Source: an uncultured archaeon (lineage in GTDB: Archaea; Asgardarchaeota; Lokiarchaeia; Sigyniarchaeales; SOKP01). From it: a stretch of 64,000 nucleotides of DNA. The stretch is taken from NCBI GenBank assembly GCA_964525635.1, contig CAZGJX010000001.1, forward strand, positions 1-64,000, read 5' to 3'. The notes under the pieces are model-generated. The model searched no databases. It had not been told where the DNA came from and saw nothing but the letters and a program-made list of their open reading frames with translations. Both the position numbers and the translations under genes were made by a program. Shown piece after piece: positions 31,837-41,642 of the stretch (positions are counted from its first letter, which is position 1; the number at the start of each line of letters is the position of its first letter).

Positions 31837-33198
31837 CTATTTTTTTTTTCTATTTTTTTCTATTTGCTTCCAAAAATAGATAATTGTTATTTTATACCAA
31901 ATTATTAAAATGGGTATAATTAATAAAAGAGAAATCAGAATATTATAGGGTATTTTAATAATTTTTAGATCTAATTCGGTAAGAGGTAATTCCATTATAT
32001 AAATATCAATAAAAAATAATAATAAAATCATCACTATAAATAAAGCAATGATATGAAGTGATATATCTATAATCCTAGGAAATAGATAAAAGAGAAGAAT
32101 ATAAACAATTGCAATCAAAATAACTATAACTATAATTATTGGTAGATCTAAAGTGTTCATTGTCCAGCGTATTAGTAATGTCGTTATTATTGATAATAAC
32201 CCACAAACAAAAGAGAGAATATAGAATTTTTTTACTAATTCAGGTTCTGTTAATGGCCCTTTAGATAGGATTAATCTTGGCATTGTTAATAAAGCATTTT
32301 TTTCTTCAGAAGCTTTTATCCTATCATCCTTAAGAAGGATTATATCATCTCTTGATTTATGAATCTCTTCACTTTCAAAAAAACCCCTTACAGAGGAGAT
32401 ATAATAAAAGCTATTAAAAACATGGATTAAAAGAGCAACAAATGCTATTATTTCTAATCCACCAAATAGGGCAATACATGCAATCATTGCACCCATAATA
32501 AGTGTTCCAATATCACCAGGAAATATCTTTGCAGGGTATTTATTGAAGAGGAAAAATGATATAATCACAGAAAAAGAAAGAACTGAAAATATTACGCCTG
32601 AATATGAATTTATTATTATACTACAAATGATCAAAAATCCAATAACAATTAAGCATGTTCCCGATCCTTCACCATTATATCCCTCTAACATGTTTACTGT
32701 GTTAGAAAAAATCGTAACTATTAAGGGAATTAGAATAGGATATAAAATGTTTAATCTTAATTCTCCAATAATAGGAAAAATTGGATTTTTTATAGTGATA
32801 AAATCAAAGAAGTTGGCAAAAAAAATCAATATTCCCGTCAATAAAGTTAAAGCGATTTTATATCTTGATCTTAATCTAATTCTATCATCAATATATCCAA
32901 TGCATCCAGATAGAAAAATTGTCAAGGTTACAATCAGAATTTCATTGATAATTTCAGGAAAAAATATCAGTAAAAATAATGCTCCTCCTAAAAAACCAAA
33001 AAGCATTCCTAATCCTCCAGATTCAGCTATTTGTGGTTTTGAATTTTTATGAATATCAAGTCCTATATAACCTCTCTTTTTCATGAATTTAATAATAAAA
33101 GGCATTAGAAAATAGGTTAGTGCAAAACCTATGATAAATATAATTATTAAAAAAACTATCTTTAATAGATTGAATTCATTAACTGAGAAACATATCAT
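31837..33198 (-). CDS. UDP-GlcNAc:dolichol-phosphate GlcNAc-1-P transferase (DPAGT1/AglH, MraY-like)
   Basis: DIHK, ESGG, GYIDD, NTVNMLEGYNG, FNKYPAKIFPGDIG. Confidence 0.88.
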   Translation of the reverse strand: MICFSVNEFNLLKIVFLIIIFIIGFALTYFLMPFIIKFMKKRGYIGLDIHKNSKPQIAESGGLGMLFGFLGGALFLLIFFPEIINEILIVTLTIFLSGCIGYIDDRIRLRSRYKIALTLLTGILIFFANFFDFITIKNPIFPIIGELRLNILYPILIPLIVTIFSNTVNMLEGYNGEGSGTCLIVIGFLIICSIIINSYSGVIFSVLSFSVIISFFLFNKYPAKIFPGDIGTLIMGAMIACIALFGGLEIIAFVALLIHVFNSFYYISSVRGFFESEEIHKSRDDIILLKDDRIKASEEKNALLTMPRLILSKGPLTEPELVKKFYILSFVCGLLSIITTLLIRWTMNTLDLPIIIVIVILIAIVYILLFYLFPRIIDISLHIIALFIVMILLLFFIDIYIMELPLTELDLKIIKIPYNILISLLLIIPILIIWYKITIIYFWKQIEKNRKKK

Positions 33199-33271
33199 TT
33201 TAGATCATAAATTTAAATCAAAGTAATATATATAATTTTCAATACAGAATAAAAATAAAATCTTCTTATTA

Positions 33272-34372
33272 TTATCCAAAATTAATTTTAACATAATTGA
33301 GACAAATTAAATTTGGATTATCGAATTTCTTTAATTTTTCTTTAAAATTCATAGTAAAACGTTCATTATTTGGTCCTTTCCTTAGAATTTGAACAGATCT
33401 CTTTACTATTCTATCAACATCTCTTATATGTTCCAATGGAAACCCATTATTTCTAAGAAAATGTTCTTGCGGGGCAGTTTCACCAGGGAAAAATTCTATA
33501 CTAGGAACATTCAATAAACTAGACTCTCTAACAATGGTTCCTCCTCCACTTATGACGAGTCCACTATAAAAACATAAATCATCCAGTTGGGGTAAATAAC
33601 GCGTTATAATAAGATTTTTATTTTTTGAATAGTCCTTTAATTTATTTTTTAAGAATATCTCTTGTTTTTCATTTCTAGCTAATAATAAATATTTATGATC
33701 AGGGTATTCATGATATAATGGTGAAAAGATTTTACTTAATAATGTTTCATTTGGATCAAGTTTATCAATAAAATAACATGCTGCTGATGGTTCTGTTCTC
33801 ATAATTATATATTTACCCTTCTCTAGATCAAAATCATTAAGAATTTGATCATTTGGAGTAAATTCATTAAGCCATGCAATTTCATCTATACCATTATATC
33901 GAATAATTTTTTTTGGATCAGCATATAGTTCAATATACCATTCCTTGGGAATACAATTGGGTGTAATTACATTGTCAATAAAAGGAAATACTAGCTTACA
34001 AACAGGTATATTTCGGGGTTCATCATTATATCCAATAGAAGGTATTTTTAATCCATAGGCAATTCTTACACCTTCAACAGAAGTAAAAGTGATAAAATGA
34101 TCTGGAGAAAATCCCGTAACTAATGGTAGTAATCCTTTGAGACGTTCAATATGTAATTCTAATTTATCCTCCAATTTTTGCCCTCCATGAGCTCCAACCT
34201 TTTTATAATCTATATTGTGATCATTTAAAATTTGAAACGTAGAGTCATAATCTCTTGCTGTTATTAATAATTCAACTTCTTCCTCTTTCAACATTTTAAA
34301 AAGAGGATTAAACATTATGGCTGTTTTAGGTTGCTCCACATCTATCCAGATCTTTTTACCAGAAAGACTCAT
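33272..34372 (-). CDS. DUF354 family (GT-B / LpxB-like) protein
   Basis: KIWID..PK, LITARDY, VGAHGG, SGGGTIVRES.LL.VPSI. Confidence 0.82.
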   Translation of the reverse strand: MSLSGKKIWIDVEQPKTAIMFNPLFKMLKEEEVELLITARDYDSTFQILNDHNIDYKKVGAHGGQKLEDKLELHIERLKGLLPLVTGFSPDHFITFTSVEGVRIAYGLKIPSIGYNDEPRNIPVCKLVFPFIDNVITPNCIPKEWYIELYADPKKIIRYNGIDEIAWLNEFTPNDQILNDFDLEKGKYIIMRTEPSAACYFIDKLDPNETLLSKIFSPLYHEYPDHKYLLLARNEKQEIFLKNKLKDYSKNKNLIITRYLPQLDDLCFYSGLVISGGGTIVRESSLLNVPSIEFFPGETAPQEHFLRNNGFPLEHIRDVDRIVKRSVQILRKGPNNERFTMNFKEKLKKFDNPNLICLNYVKINFG

Positions 34373-34834
34373 TTTTAAAAGTAATAATTTATATTTTGAA
34401 AATAATAATTATTTGTTATATTAAAACTTAGTGAACCATAGGCCTTAGGAAATTGAATTTCATTCTTTTTCATGATACTGCTGTTAAGGTTTGGCTTGTA
34501 TATCATAAAAAACCAATTCAATGTTTTAAAAACAATTATTCAATGATGAATGAGATATAAAACAGAAAATGAAATTAATTATCAAATTTGATTTTCTATA
34601 ATATTATAATTCTTTTTTCTAAGAAAGGAATATTGGGTTCTTCAGCAAATATTACATTACAACCTTATTATTTCTATTAGATCACTTATAAAAATATTAT
34701 TTCATCTGTTTATTGAAATTTTATAAAATCTTATTATTATTTATAAAAATCAAAAAATCCTCACTCTTTAGGAATTTATCTTTTTATAATTCCTTTGGTA
34801 TTATAATTTTATTCTTATCCTAATAATATATATT

Positions 34835-35461
34835 ATGAGTTCAGAACAATTATTAAAAATTGGAGATGTTGCCACTCTCTTAGGGGTTACCACCCAAACT
34901 TTAAGAAATTGGGCGAATAACGGATATATGGATGCCATCATTGGAAAAGGAGGACATAGAAGATTTCGAAGGAGTGAAATCGAACGACTTATGGAACTGA
35001 AAGAACCAGAAGGTAACGTTAAGAAATGTCTTCTATATTGTAGAGTTTCTACATCCATTCAAAAAGATAATTTAGAGCGCCAACTAGAAAGACTTACATC
35101 CTTTGCTTTATCGAATGGCTTTATAATTGAAGGAATTTATAAAGACATTGCCAGTGGAATGAATTTTAAAAGACGAGGGTTATTGAAGCTTTTAGATTAT
35201 TGTCAAAAGCATCGTATAAACACAGTTGTTATAGAATATAAGGACAGATTAGCAAGATTTGGAGTAGATTTGCTAAGAGAAATTTTAAATTCCTTTGGCA
35301 CGGAATTAATGATTGTAAATGCTACAGATTCAGATTATAAGCAAGAAATAATTGATGATATGATTGCTATTATCATTCATTTTAGCAATCAACTGTACGG
35401 AAAGCGAAAGGGAAAGAATAAAGTAAATATAATAAAAAAAGAACTTTTAAAAGGGATATAA
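34835..35461 (+). CDS. tnpA: IS607 transposase (MerR-type HTH + serine recombinase)
   Basis: IGDVA.LLGVT.QTLRNW, GGHRRF, YCRVST, DIASG, YKDRLARFG, LYGKR. Confidence 0.93.
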   Translation: MSSEQLLKIGDVATLLGVTTQTLRNWANNGYMDAIIGKGGHRRFRRSEIERLMELKEPEGNVKKCLLYCRVSTSIQKDNLERQLERLTSFALSNGFIIEGIYKDIASGMNFKRRGLLKLLDYCQKHRINTVVIEYKDRLARFGVDLLREILNSFGTELMIVNATDSDYKQEIIDDMIAIIIHFSNQLYGKRKGKNKVNIIKKELLKGI

Positions 35462-35506
35462 AAAACGATTTTTTATTTAAATAAATACACATATAGAGAG
35501 TAGTAG

Positions 35507-37042
35507 ATGATACAAACTATTAAATTTCGACTGCATCCGACACTCTCACAAGAGCACCAATTACATGAAATCTTTACTATCTATAATAGAATCAAGCGAA
35601 AAGGTTATAATCTATTTTATGAAAAGAGAGATTTATTCTTTTCAGAAAATGCCGAGGTCAGAAAAGAGTTAGATAAAGAAATACATCAGAAACTAATGAA
35701 GGTATGTCATAATAATCCTTATGTAAATAGCATTCGTATTGATTGTAAGAATAAGTTAACTCAACAACAAACATGGTTGGAGAAGCGAGAAACTTATCTT
35801 ACTCATCAGATAACGACTATTTTGGAGAAGATTGAACAAATAAAAGAAATGGATAAAAAAGATAGACGATTAAAAGGGCTCTATTCTCGTCTATCCTCTG
35901 TCCAACTTAAATTAGCTACTCTTCACTTCAAATCTATTATATTTGGAACCAAACGATTGTTTCGAGAGCGAATTTTAAGGAAGCTTAGCAGAGAGGAATT
36001 TAGAATCAGGAGAGATTCTTCTTTTTGTTGCGTGGGAAAAAAGCAAGGTATTAATTTGAATTTAAAAGTCCTTCCCAATGCAACCCTACGGATTCGTACT
36101 TTTTCTAAGGAAAAAGAGAAAAAATGGTTAATTTTACCCTTTACGGTCAATTACACGCAAGGGAAATGGTTTAACGAAATCCTTAGATTAGAATTATATC
36201 AAGTAGAAATAATTAGGCGGTTCTATAAGGGAAATATTCGATATTTTGCTCATGTATCCTATGAAACTCCTGAGATGGAACCGATATATGGATTTGAACA
36301 TGGGGCAGTCGGGCTTGACATGAATTATAACTTTGTTTCCCTTAGTAATATAGATAACCATGGAAATTTTAAGAGTTTTCATGGAATTCGTTTTAAGAAT
36401 TTGCACTCATATCGTAAATACAAGCGTTTGGATTATATTAGCTATAAAATGGATAAAGTGGTAAATTATTGCATTAATAAGAAGAAAGGACTAGTTGTTG
36501 AAGACCTTTCTTTTGAACATGAATTTTCTTATGGGAAAAAACGCAATAGAAAATTAAGCAATTTTAAACTATCAGCATTAGAATTATTAGAACGAAAATG
36601 CTTTAAAAAATGGATTATGATAAAGAGAGTACATCCAGCATATACCTCGTTAATTGGTAAATATAAATATTCACGATTATATAACTTATCTACTCATGTG
36701 TTAGCAAGTTATGTAATAGCTCGAAAAGGTTTAAGGATTAAGGAAGAGATTCCACCCAATTACAAGTGGGTGCTTGCACAAGTCGGGGACGTTATAAAGC
36801 CCCGTTTGAAACCAAGCAGTCCCTACCGCGATTGGGCTAAACTTCACGACTTTTTCAAGTATAGCGGGATAACTTCCTTCAAGACTTCCGAAGTAATGAT
36901 TAAAACATTACTAATGAAGCATGTCCTGAACTCGGTGACGAGCGAACCGCCTGATAACCTTAAGGCGGGTCTTTCCCCCACAGGAAAGATTGATAATTGG
37001 AATAAATTTTGGAATTTTACAGAAATTACCAATTTTTTATAA
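35507..37042 (+). CDS. tnpB: TnpB-related RuvC protein
   Basis: TIKFRL.P, RuvC-I GLDMN, RuvC-II VVEDL, VHPAYTS, HVLASYVIAR. Confidence 0.85.
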   Translation: MIQTIKFRLHPTLSQEHQLHEIFTIYNRIKRKGYNLFYEKRDLFFSENAEVRKELDKEIHQKLMKVCHNNPYVNSIRIDCKNKLTQQQTWLEKRETYLTHQITTILEKIEQIKEMDKKDRRLKGLYSRLSSVQLKLATLHFKSIIFGTKRLFRERILRKLSREEFRIRRDSSFCCVGKKQGINLNLKVLPNATLRIRTFSKEKEKKWLILPFTVNYTQGKWFNEILRLELYQVEIIRRFYKGNIRYFAHVSYETPEMEPIYGFEHGAVGLDMNYNFVSLSNIDNHGNFKSFHGIRFKNLHSYRKYKRLDYISYKMDKVVNYCINKKKGLVVEDLSFEHEFSYGKKRNRKLSNFKLSALELLERKCFKKWIMIKRVHPAYTSLIGKYKYSRLYNLSTHVLASYVIARKGLRIKEEIPPNYKWVLAQVGDVIKPRLKPSSPYRDWAKLHDFFKYSGITSFKTSEVMIKTLLMKHVLNSVTSEPPDNLKAGLSPTGKIDNWNKFWNFTEITNFL

Positions 37043-37075
37043 ATAATTTGAAGGTTAATTATAAAATCTATCTTT
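36780..37075 (+). ncRNA. Candidate omega/reRNA overlapping the tnpB 3' end
   Basis: GC-enriched hairpin cluster: 36784-88/36800-04, 36892-98/36906-12, 36947-52/36963-68, 36969-76/36983-90. Confidence 0.55.
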
Positions 37076-37125
37076 TAATATTATCTAGTTTTTTTTTATG
37101 AAAAATTAATAATTAAAAGAGAAAA

Positions 37126-37198
37126 TAGCCCGGCACGGACTCGAACCGTGGTCACAGGGTTCAAAGCCCCGTATGCTTGGCCACTACACCACCGGGCT
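37126..37198 (-). tRNA. tRNA-Gln(UUG), intron-less, CCA not encoded
   Basis: AGCCCGG/CCGGGCT acceptor stem, anticodon loop CT-TTG-AA, GGTTCGAGTCC T-arm. Confidence 0.97.
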
Positions 37199-37253
37199 AA
37201 TATAGATATATTAGAATAATCTAAAGTTTTATTTACTATTAGTATTAAATAGT

Positions 37254-37877
37254 TTATAGGTTAAAAGGTTTAAGATTTCTATTTAAAATTTCTTTATCTA
37301 AAAATTCTTGATTTTCTTTGAGGAATTGGATATCTTTCTCTTTTTCTCTATATTCGTCAGGTAACATCCTAGGAATTGAATCTTTAATTGGATACCACCT
37401 ATTACAGTTATTACATAAAATCAATCCTGTCTTAATCTCTATCTCAATTTTTATTCTATTTAGAAAATTCAATTCTGGTAATATTTTTTCAATTTCATTT
37501 AAATTTGAATAATCTCTAAATTGAAGTATCTTTTCTTTTATTTTTGTTTTTACCATATCAATACATTCCTTACTTAGATTAAAAGAAGAGTTATCACTAA
37601 TAAAATCAAATTCTTCTACACTAGAGATTATAAATTTTATATAATCATCAATTCTGATTTTCTCTATGACAATATTATCTCTAATATAAATTTGATCATC
37701 CTCTTTCGTCCATTCAGGTATTTTTTCTTTTATATGATATTTAATATCCGTTTTGATATATTTATCTAAAAGATTTTTAAAAAAATCCTCATCTGATTCA
37801 TAAGTAAAAATAAATAAATTTAAAGGATAATGTTTACAAATCGGACATGCTAAAATATCAAAAAGCCAAGGCTTCAT
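37254..37877 (-). CDS. Trm112-family methyltransferase activator with large internal insertion
   Basis: DILACPICKHYPL ... G.ILC..C.RWYPI.DSIPRMLP. Confidence 0.85.
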   Translation of the reverse strand: MKPWLFDILACPICKHYPLNLFIFTYESDEDFFKNLLDKYIKTDIKYHIKEKIPEWTKEDDQIYIRDNIVIEKIRIDDYIKFIISSVEEFDFISDNSSFNLSKECIDMVKTKIKEKILQFRDYSNLNEIEKILPELNFLNRIKIEIEIKTGLILCNNCNRWYPIKDSIPRMLPDEYREKEKDIQFLKENQEFLDKEILNRNLKPFNL

Positions 37878-37923
37878 GATTTTATTTTTTTTATTTTTTT
37901 TTTTATAAATAATGGAAAAAAAA

Positions 37924-39786
37924 TTATAATAAATAATTTCTCAATTGTTGGATATATCTGTCAATAGTTCTATCTATTTTTCTTCTTCGTTTCAAGAAAT
38001 CTCCAGATAATTTTTCAAAAGCAACCCTTGAAGGTAATTTTCCCTTTTTATATCTTGATTCTAATAATTTCAATCCATCTTCAACAGTCTGCCGTTCAGC
38101 TTCTAAGACTTCTAATTTTTGAACTATATTTTCAAAAGTCTCTCCAATTTCAATTAAAATTTTCTTGAATGGTTTTATTTCATCTTCGATAACTTTAATT
38201 TTTGACTCATTTTTATCAACAAGATTTCTATATTTCTTTTTCGGTAATTTTCTCCGTATTAAGTCTTCTTCTGCTTTTCTTATTTCAAGAACTAATGCAT
38301 TCTTCTCCTCATACAATGAACAAAATTCACGGATCTCATTTTGTGGGAGCATTTCTTTCTTAATTATAGGTAATACCCCTCTTTCTTTTTTCTTCTTTAC
38401 ATATACAATATATACTGCGGATATAAGTGTTATTGTAAGCATAAAAATAATAGGTCTTAACAGCAAATCAAATAAATCTATTGTATAGGTGATTAAGATT
38501 GGATGTTTATCTGAGGATACTACATCTATATCTTCATAAATTAGTATAGTCTTTCCTTGAGATTCATATATCCCCTCTGGAGTAGCAGAAATAGAATCGA
38601 TACTATAACATCCATCAATTATAATTTTAGTTGTTTGTTCTCGTATTATAAAATCAGCATAAGTTGGATAAATGTTCATTTTAATTGATTGTTGGAACCA
38701 ATTGATAGATAGATAATCTCTTAAATTCAAGGTATATTTTAAAATAAAATTTCCTATATCATATTGGTCAAGTACTACTCTGTTCTTTGCAAAACTGACA
38801 TTAACTGATTTGATACTATCCTGCTTAGCTATTTTATTTCCTTTAAGCTGACCTAAATCATCATATATTTCTATATTATTAGCACTTAGAGGAACAAATA
38901 AAGGGAATCCCGGTAATGGAATATAATCTAAATTTATTATAGAAAAAGCTTCTTTTACAATTAAAGTCCCCCATGGTGAGATTGAAATTTCTCGATTTAA
39001 ACTTATTACTTCTACTATAAGTGTATATTTATCTATAAATTTGAATTTGGATATTGCCTCACTACCTAGATTTTCTGCAAAAGGAGCTAAGTAAGATTTT
39101 GAATATGTTAATATGTTTTCTGATGAGTTGGATGCCCAATCAGAAATTGTTACGTGTGTTCCTGACAATAATAATTTATATTCAGCAGTTAATGCTCCTT
39201 CAGCTCTATAGGGTAATGATGGAAAAATATATGATTTGTAATATACATTAAATTTTATTCCTTTTTCTTGTTGCGCATAGCGCGCTACTTCATAATTACA
39301 AAGAGCTATAAAAGTTTGCCAAAATCTAACTGTTTTAGTCTGATATGGTTGTAAAGGTGAACTAAAATAAACCGAAATCATTTCAAACTCATGTCCTTTT
39401 GAATTCGATGATATTAATCCCTTTCTCTCACAATATAGGTTATTTTTTAATTCACCCATAGCTTTGAAATTAACTAGCTTTTGAGTGATATTTAATGGGA
39501 TTCCAATAAGAATTGAATTGATAGGATTATTATTTAAGTTTTTTATATCTAACCTATCTTGTATAAAAACTAATCTCCCATCAGATATGTTTGCTACTCT
39601 GTGTATATGTGTTATAACAATATTTTCTGCTCCATCTAGACCTATTGAACTTTTAGGAATATTACTGGGTTCTTCATTAATATTATTAACTCCATTTAAA
39701 TTTGGTATCAAGGCACTAACTATAAAGATCATAAATAAGATTGTTAAGTATGAAATTAATTTTCTTTTTCTCAACATAATATCCAT
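37924..39786 (-). CDS. Ribophorin I (OST1)-like protein
   Basis: Signal peptide, luminal REISISPWG.L.V.E motif and D.LG, single TM, C-terminal coiled coil. Confidence 0.75.
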   Translation of the reverse strand: MDIMLRKRKLISYLTILFMIFIVSALIPNLNGVNNINEEPSNIPKSSIGLDGAENIVITHIHRVANISDGRLVFIQDRLDIKNLNNNPINSILIGIPLNITQKLVNFKAMGELKNNLYCERKGLISSNSKGHEFEMISVYFSSPLQPYQTKTVRFWQTFIALCNYEVARYAQQEKGIKFNVYYKSYIFPSLPYRAEGALTAEYKLLLSGTHVTISDWASNSSENILTYSKSYLAPFAENLGSEAISKFKFIDKYTLIVEVISLNREISISPWGTLIVKEAFSIINLDYIPLPGFPLFVPLSANNIEIYDDLGQLKGNKIAKQDSIKSVNVSFAKNRVVLDQYDIGNFILKYTLNLRDYLSINWFQQSIKMNIYPTYADFIIREQTTKIIIDGCYSIDSISATPEGIYESQGKTILIYEDIDVVSSDKHPILITYTIDLFDLLLRPIIFMLTITLISAVYIVYVKKKKERGVLPIIKKEMLPQNEIREFCSLYEEKNALVLEIRKAEEDLIRRKLPKKKYRNLVDKNESKIKVIEDEIKPFKKILIEIGETFENIVQKLEVLEAERQTVEDGLKLLESRYKKGKLPSRVAFEKLSGDFLKRRRKIDRTIDRYIQQLRNYLL

Positions 39787-39938
39787 TTTGATATTTTAAA
39801 AAATATTAAATTATCATAAATTAATTAATACAACTTATAAAAATTTATTATAATTGAAGTTTAAGATTAATGAAAAATTTTTAAATGTTTTATAATATAT
39901 CTATTAAATAACAGATAAACAATTAATTCTTCAAATAT

Positions 39939-40151
39939 ATGTCAAGTGGAAAACAATCAAGGAGAAAGAAAAGAAGATCAAGTACTAGTCCTATGCCCAT
40001 GGGGGGTGCGGGATTGATGCGATTTTTTGAAGACTCTTCTATTGGTGTAAAAATTGGACCTATGGCAACATTAATATTTGCGATATCATTAGTTTTAATA
40101 GTAATCATGGCAAATGTTGGTGTTTTTGATTGGTTACTGACTCCAGGTTAA
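39939..40151 (+). CDS. Protein translocase subunit Sec61-beta
   Basis: Basic N-terminus, GAGLMRFFED...VKIGP, then one TM. Confidence 0.92.
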   Translation: MSSGKQSRRKKRRSSTSPMPMGGAGLMRFFEDSSIGVKIGPMATLIFAISLVLIVIMANVGVFDWLLTPG

Positions 40152-40190
40152 ATTTTTTTTTTAGTTATTAACATTTTATTTTGATTTAAA

Positions 40191-40493
40191 ATGAAAGTCA
40201 GTGAATTTCAACAATTGATAAAAGACCTTTATTTTCATCAAGATTTTGATAGAGGTATTGAGAAAAGCTTTCTATGGTTGGTGGAAGAGATAGGAGAATT
40301 AGCTTCAAATGTAAAATCAAAAATGATTAATAAAAAAGAAATTGGAGATGAAATGGCAGATATTGTTGCTTGGATTTGTTCTTTAGCTAATTTATTTGAA
40401 ATTGAACTGGAAGAAGCATTATTTAGGAAATATCCAAATAAATGCATAAAATGTGATTCTAATCCGTGTAGATGTAATCATTCAAAATTATAA
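40191..40493 (+). CDS. MazG-like nucleotide pyrophosphohydrolase
   Basis: WLVEEIGELA, EMADIVAW..SLAN, KYP..C..C...PC.C. Confidence 0.88.
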   Translation: MKVSEFQQLIKDLYFHQDFDRGIEKSFLWLVEEIGELASNVKSKMINKKEIGDEMADIVAWICSLANLFEIELEEALFRKYPNKCIKCDSNPCRCNHSKL

Positions 40494-40502
40494 TTAAAAA
40501 TT

Positions 40503-41618
40503 TTAAGTCTCAGATAAAAATTTTTGATATACATCTACTAATCTCTTTCCAACTTTATCCCATGTATACTTTTTGGCAATTTCTTGCCCTTGTTTTATTA
40601 ATTCTTTACGTAATTCCTCATCTTTAATAACTAATATAATTTTTTCTGCGAGTATTTTAGGATTTTTAGGGGGAATAAATATAGCCCTATCGTGTAATAT
40701 TTCTCTATAGACTTTTAAATTTGAACATAATACTGCTGTACCACATGCTAAAGATTCTAATGGTGTATTTCCAAAACCTTCAGAGCCATAAGAATAAGCA
40801 ATTAATATATCCGCCATTGTATAATAAATAGGAACTAATTCATCAGAGATAAATCCTAAGAAGTGGATATCTAGGTTCTTTTCTCTCCAAGTATTATAAA
40901 TATTCTCCATTTCAAAGTCAGGTTTTCCAGCAATTATTAAATTTAAATTGGAGATTGTTTTCTTAGCAATTTTATATGCTTTGATTATATGTTCTACTCC
41001 TTTATATTTAGCAATCCTTCCCAAGTATAAAATAATAGGTCCTTTAATTTTTAGTTGTTTTTTTAATTTTTCAGCATCTTTTGGATATGGTTTAAATTTA
41101 TTATCAATTCCATTATATAAGATATGAATATTCTTACTATTGATACTAGGAATAAACTTTTTAAGACCTTCTCTTGTATGGTTGGATACCGTTGTAATAT
41201 AAGTTGCTTTTTTAATTATATATTTTATCAGAAATTTCTGAAGTGATTGTGTCGCAAATTTTGTTTCAAATGGTCCTAAATCATGAATAGTGGAAATAAA
41301 CCTTTTATAATTAGAAAAAAGAATTGGTATTGAACTTTTAGGTCCATTTCCATGTATAATATCAAAAGAATTTCTATTTAAGTATTTATTTATATTATAT
41401 ATAAAATGGGGCATCCATAAGAAACGTTTCTTAACCAAGTTCATCTGTATTATATTTGGATCATTCAAAACATAATTCCATTTTCCAGTTAGTAATTTAA
41501 CGTCATAACCTTCATTTTTAAGATAATTATATATCCCTTCGAAACCAGTTCTTTCACAATCAGGAGCTATTTTAAGTGATATTAAACAAATTTTCATCTG
41601 ATTCATTGAACGAGACAC
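40503..41618 (-). CDS. Glycosyltransferase family 4
   Basis: TIHDL, YNGID, LGRI..YKG, EGFG.TPLE.LACG. Confidence 0.9.
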   Translation of the reverse strand: MSRSMNQMKICLISLKIAPDCERTGFEGIYNYLKNEGYDVKLLTGKWNYVLNDPNIIQMNLVKKRFLWMPHFIYNINKYLNRNSFDIIHGNGPKSSIPILFSNYKRFISTIHDLGPFETKFATQSLQKFLIKYIIKKATYITTVSNHTREGLKKFIPSINSKNIHILYNGIDNKFKPYPKDAEKLKKQLKIKGPIILYLGRIAKYKGVEHIIKAYKIAKKTISNLNLIIAGKPDFEMENIYNTWREKNLDIHFLGFISDELVPIYYTMADILIAYSYGSEGFGNTPLESLACGTAVLCSNLKVYREILHDRAIFIPPKNPKILAEKIILVIKDEELRKELIKQGQEIAKKYTWDKVGKRLVDVYQKFLSET

Positions 41619-41642
41619 TTCCTATTAAAAGAATTCATAATA

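Larger units (their letters stand above)
34771..37054 (+). mobile_element. IS607-family element (tnpA serine recombinase + tnpB); ends tentative
   Basis: tnpA-tnpB pair with higher GC than flanks; candidate GG dinucleotides at 34771-72 and 37053-54; short ttataa-type repeats near both ends. Confidence 0.8.

Noticed and set aside
34373-34770. Possible small ORF or C/D box RNA left of the IS607 element
   Set aside because: Only a 35-codon frame and a lone C-box-like ATGATGA without a matching D box.
37126-37198. tRNA intron, or tRNA used as an integration (att) site
   Set aside because: The 73-nt tRNA is uninterrupted; no duplicated tRNA 3' end or integrase was seen.
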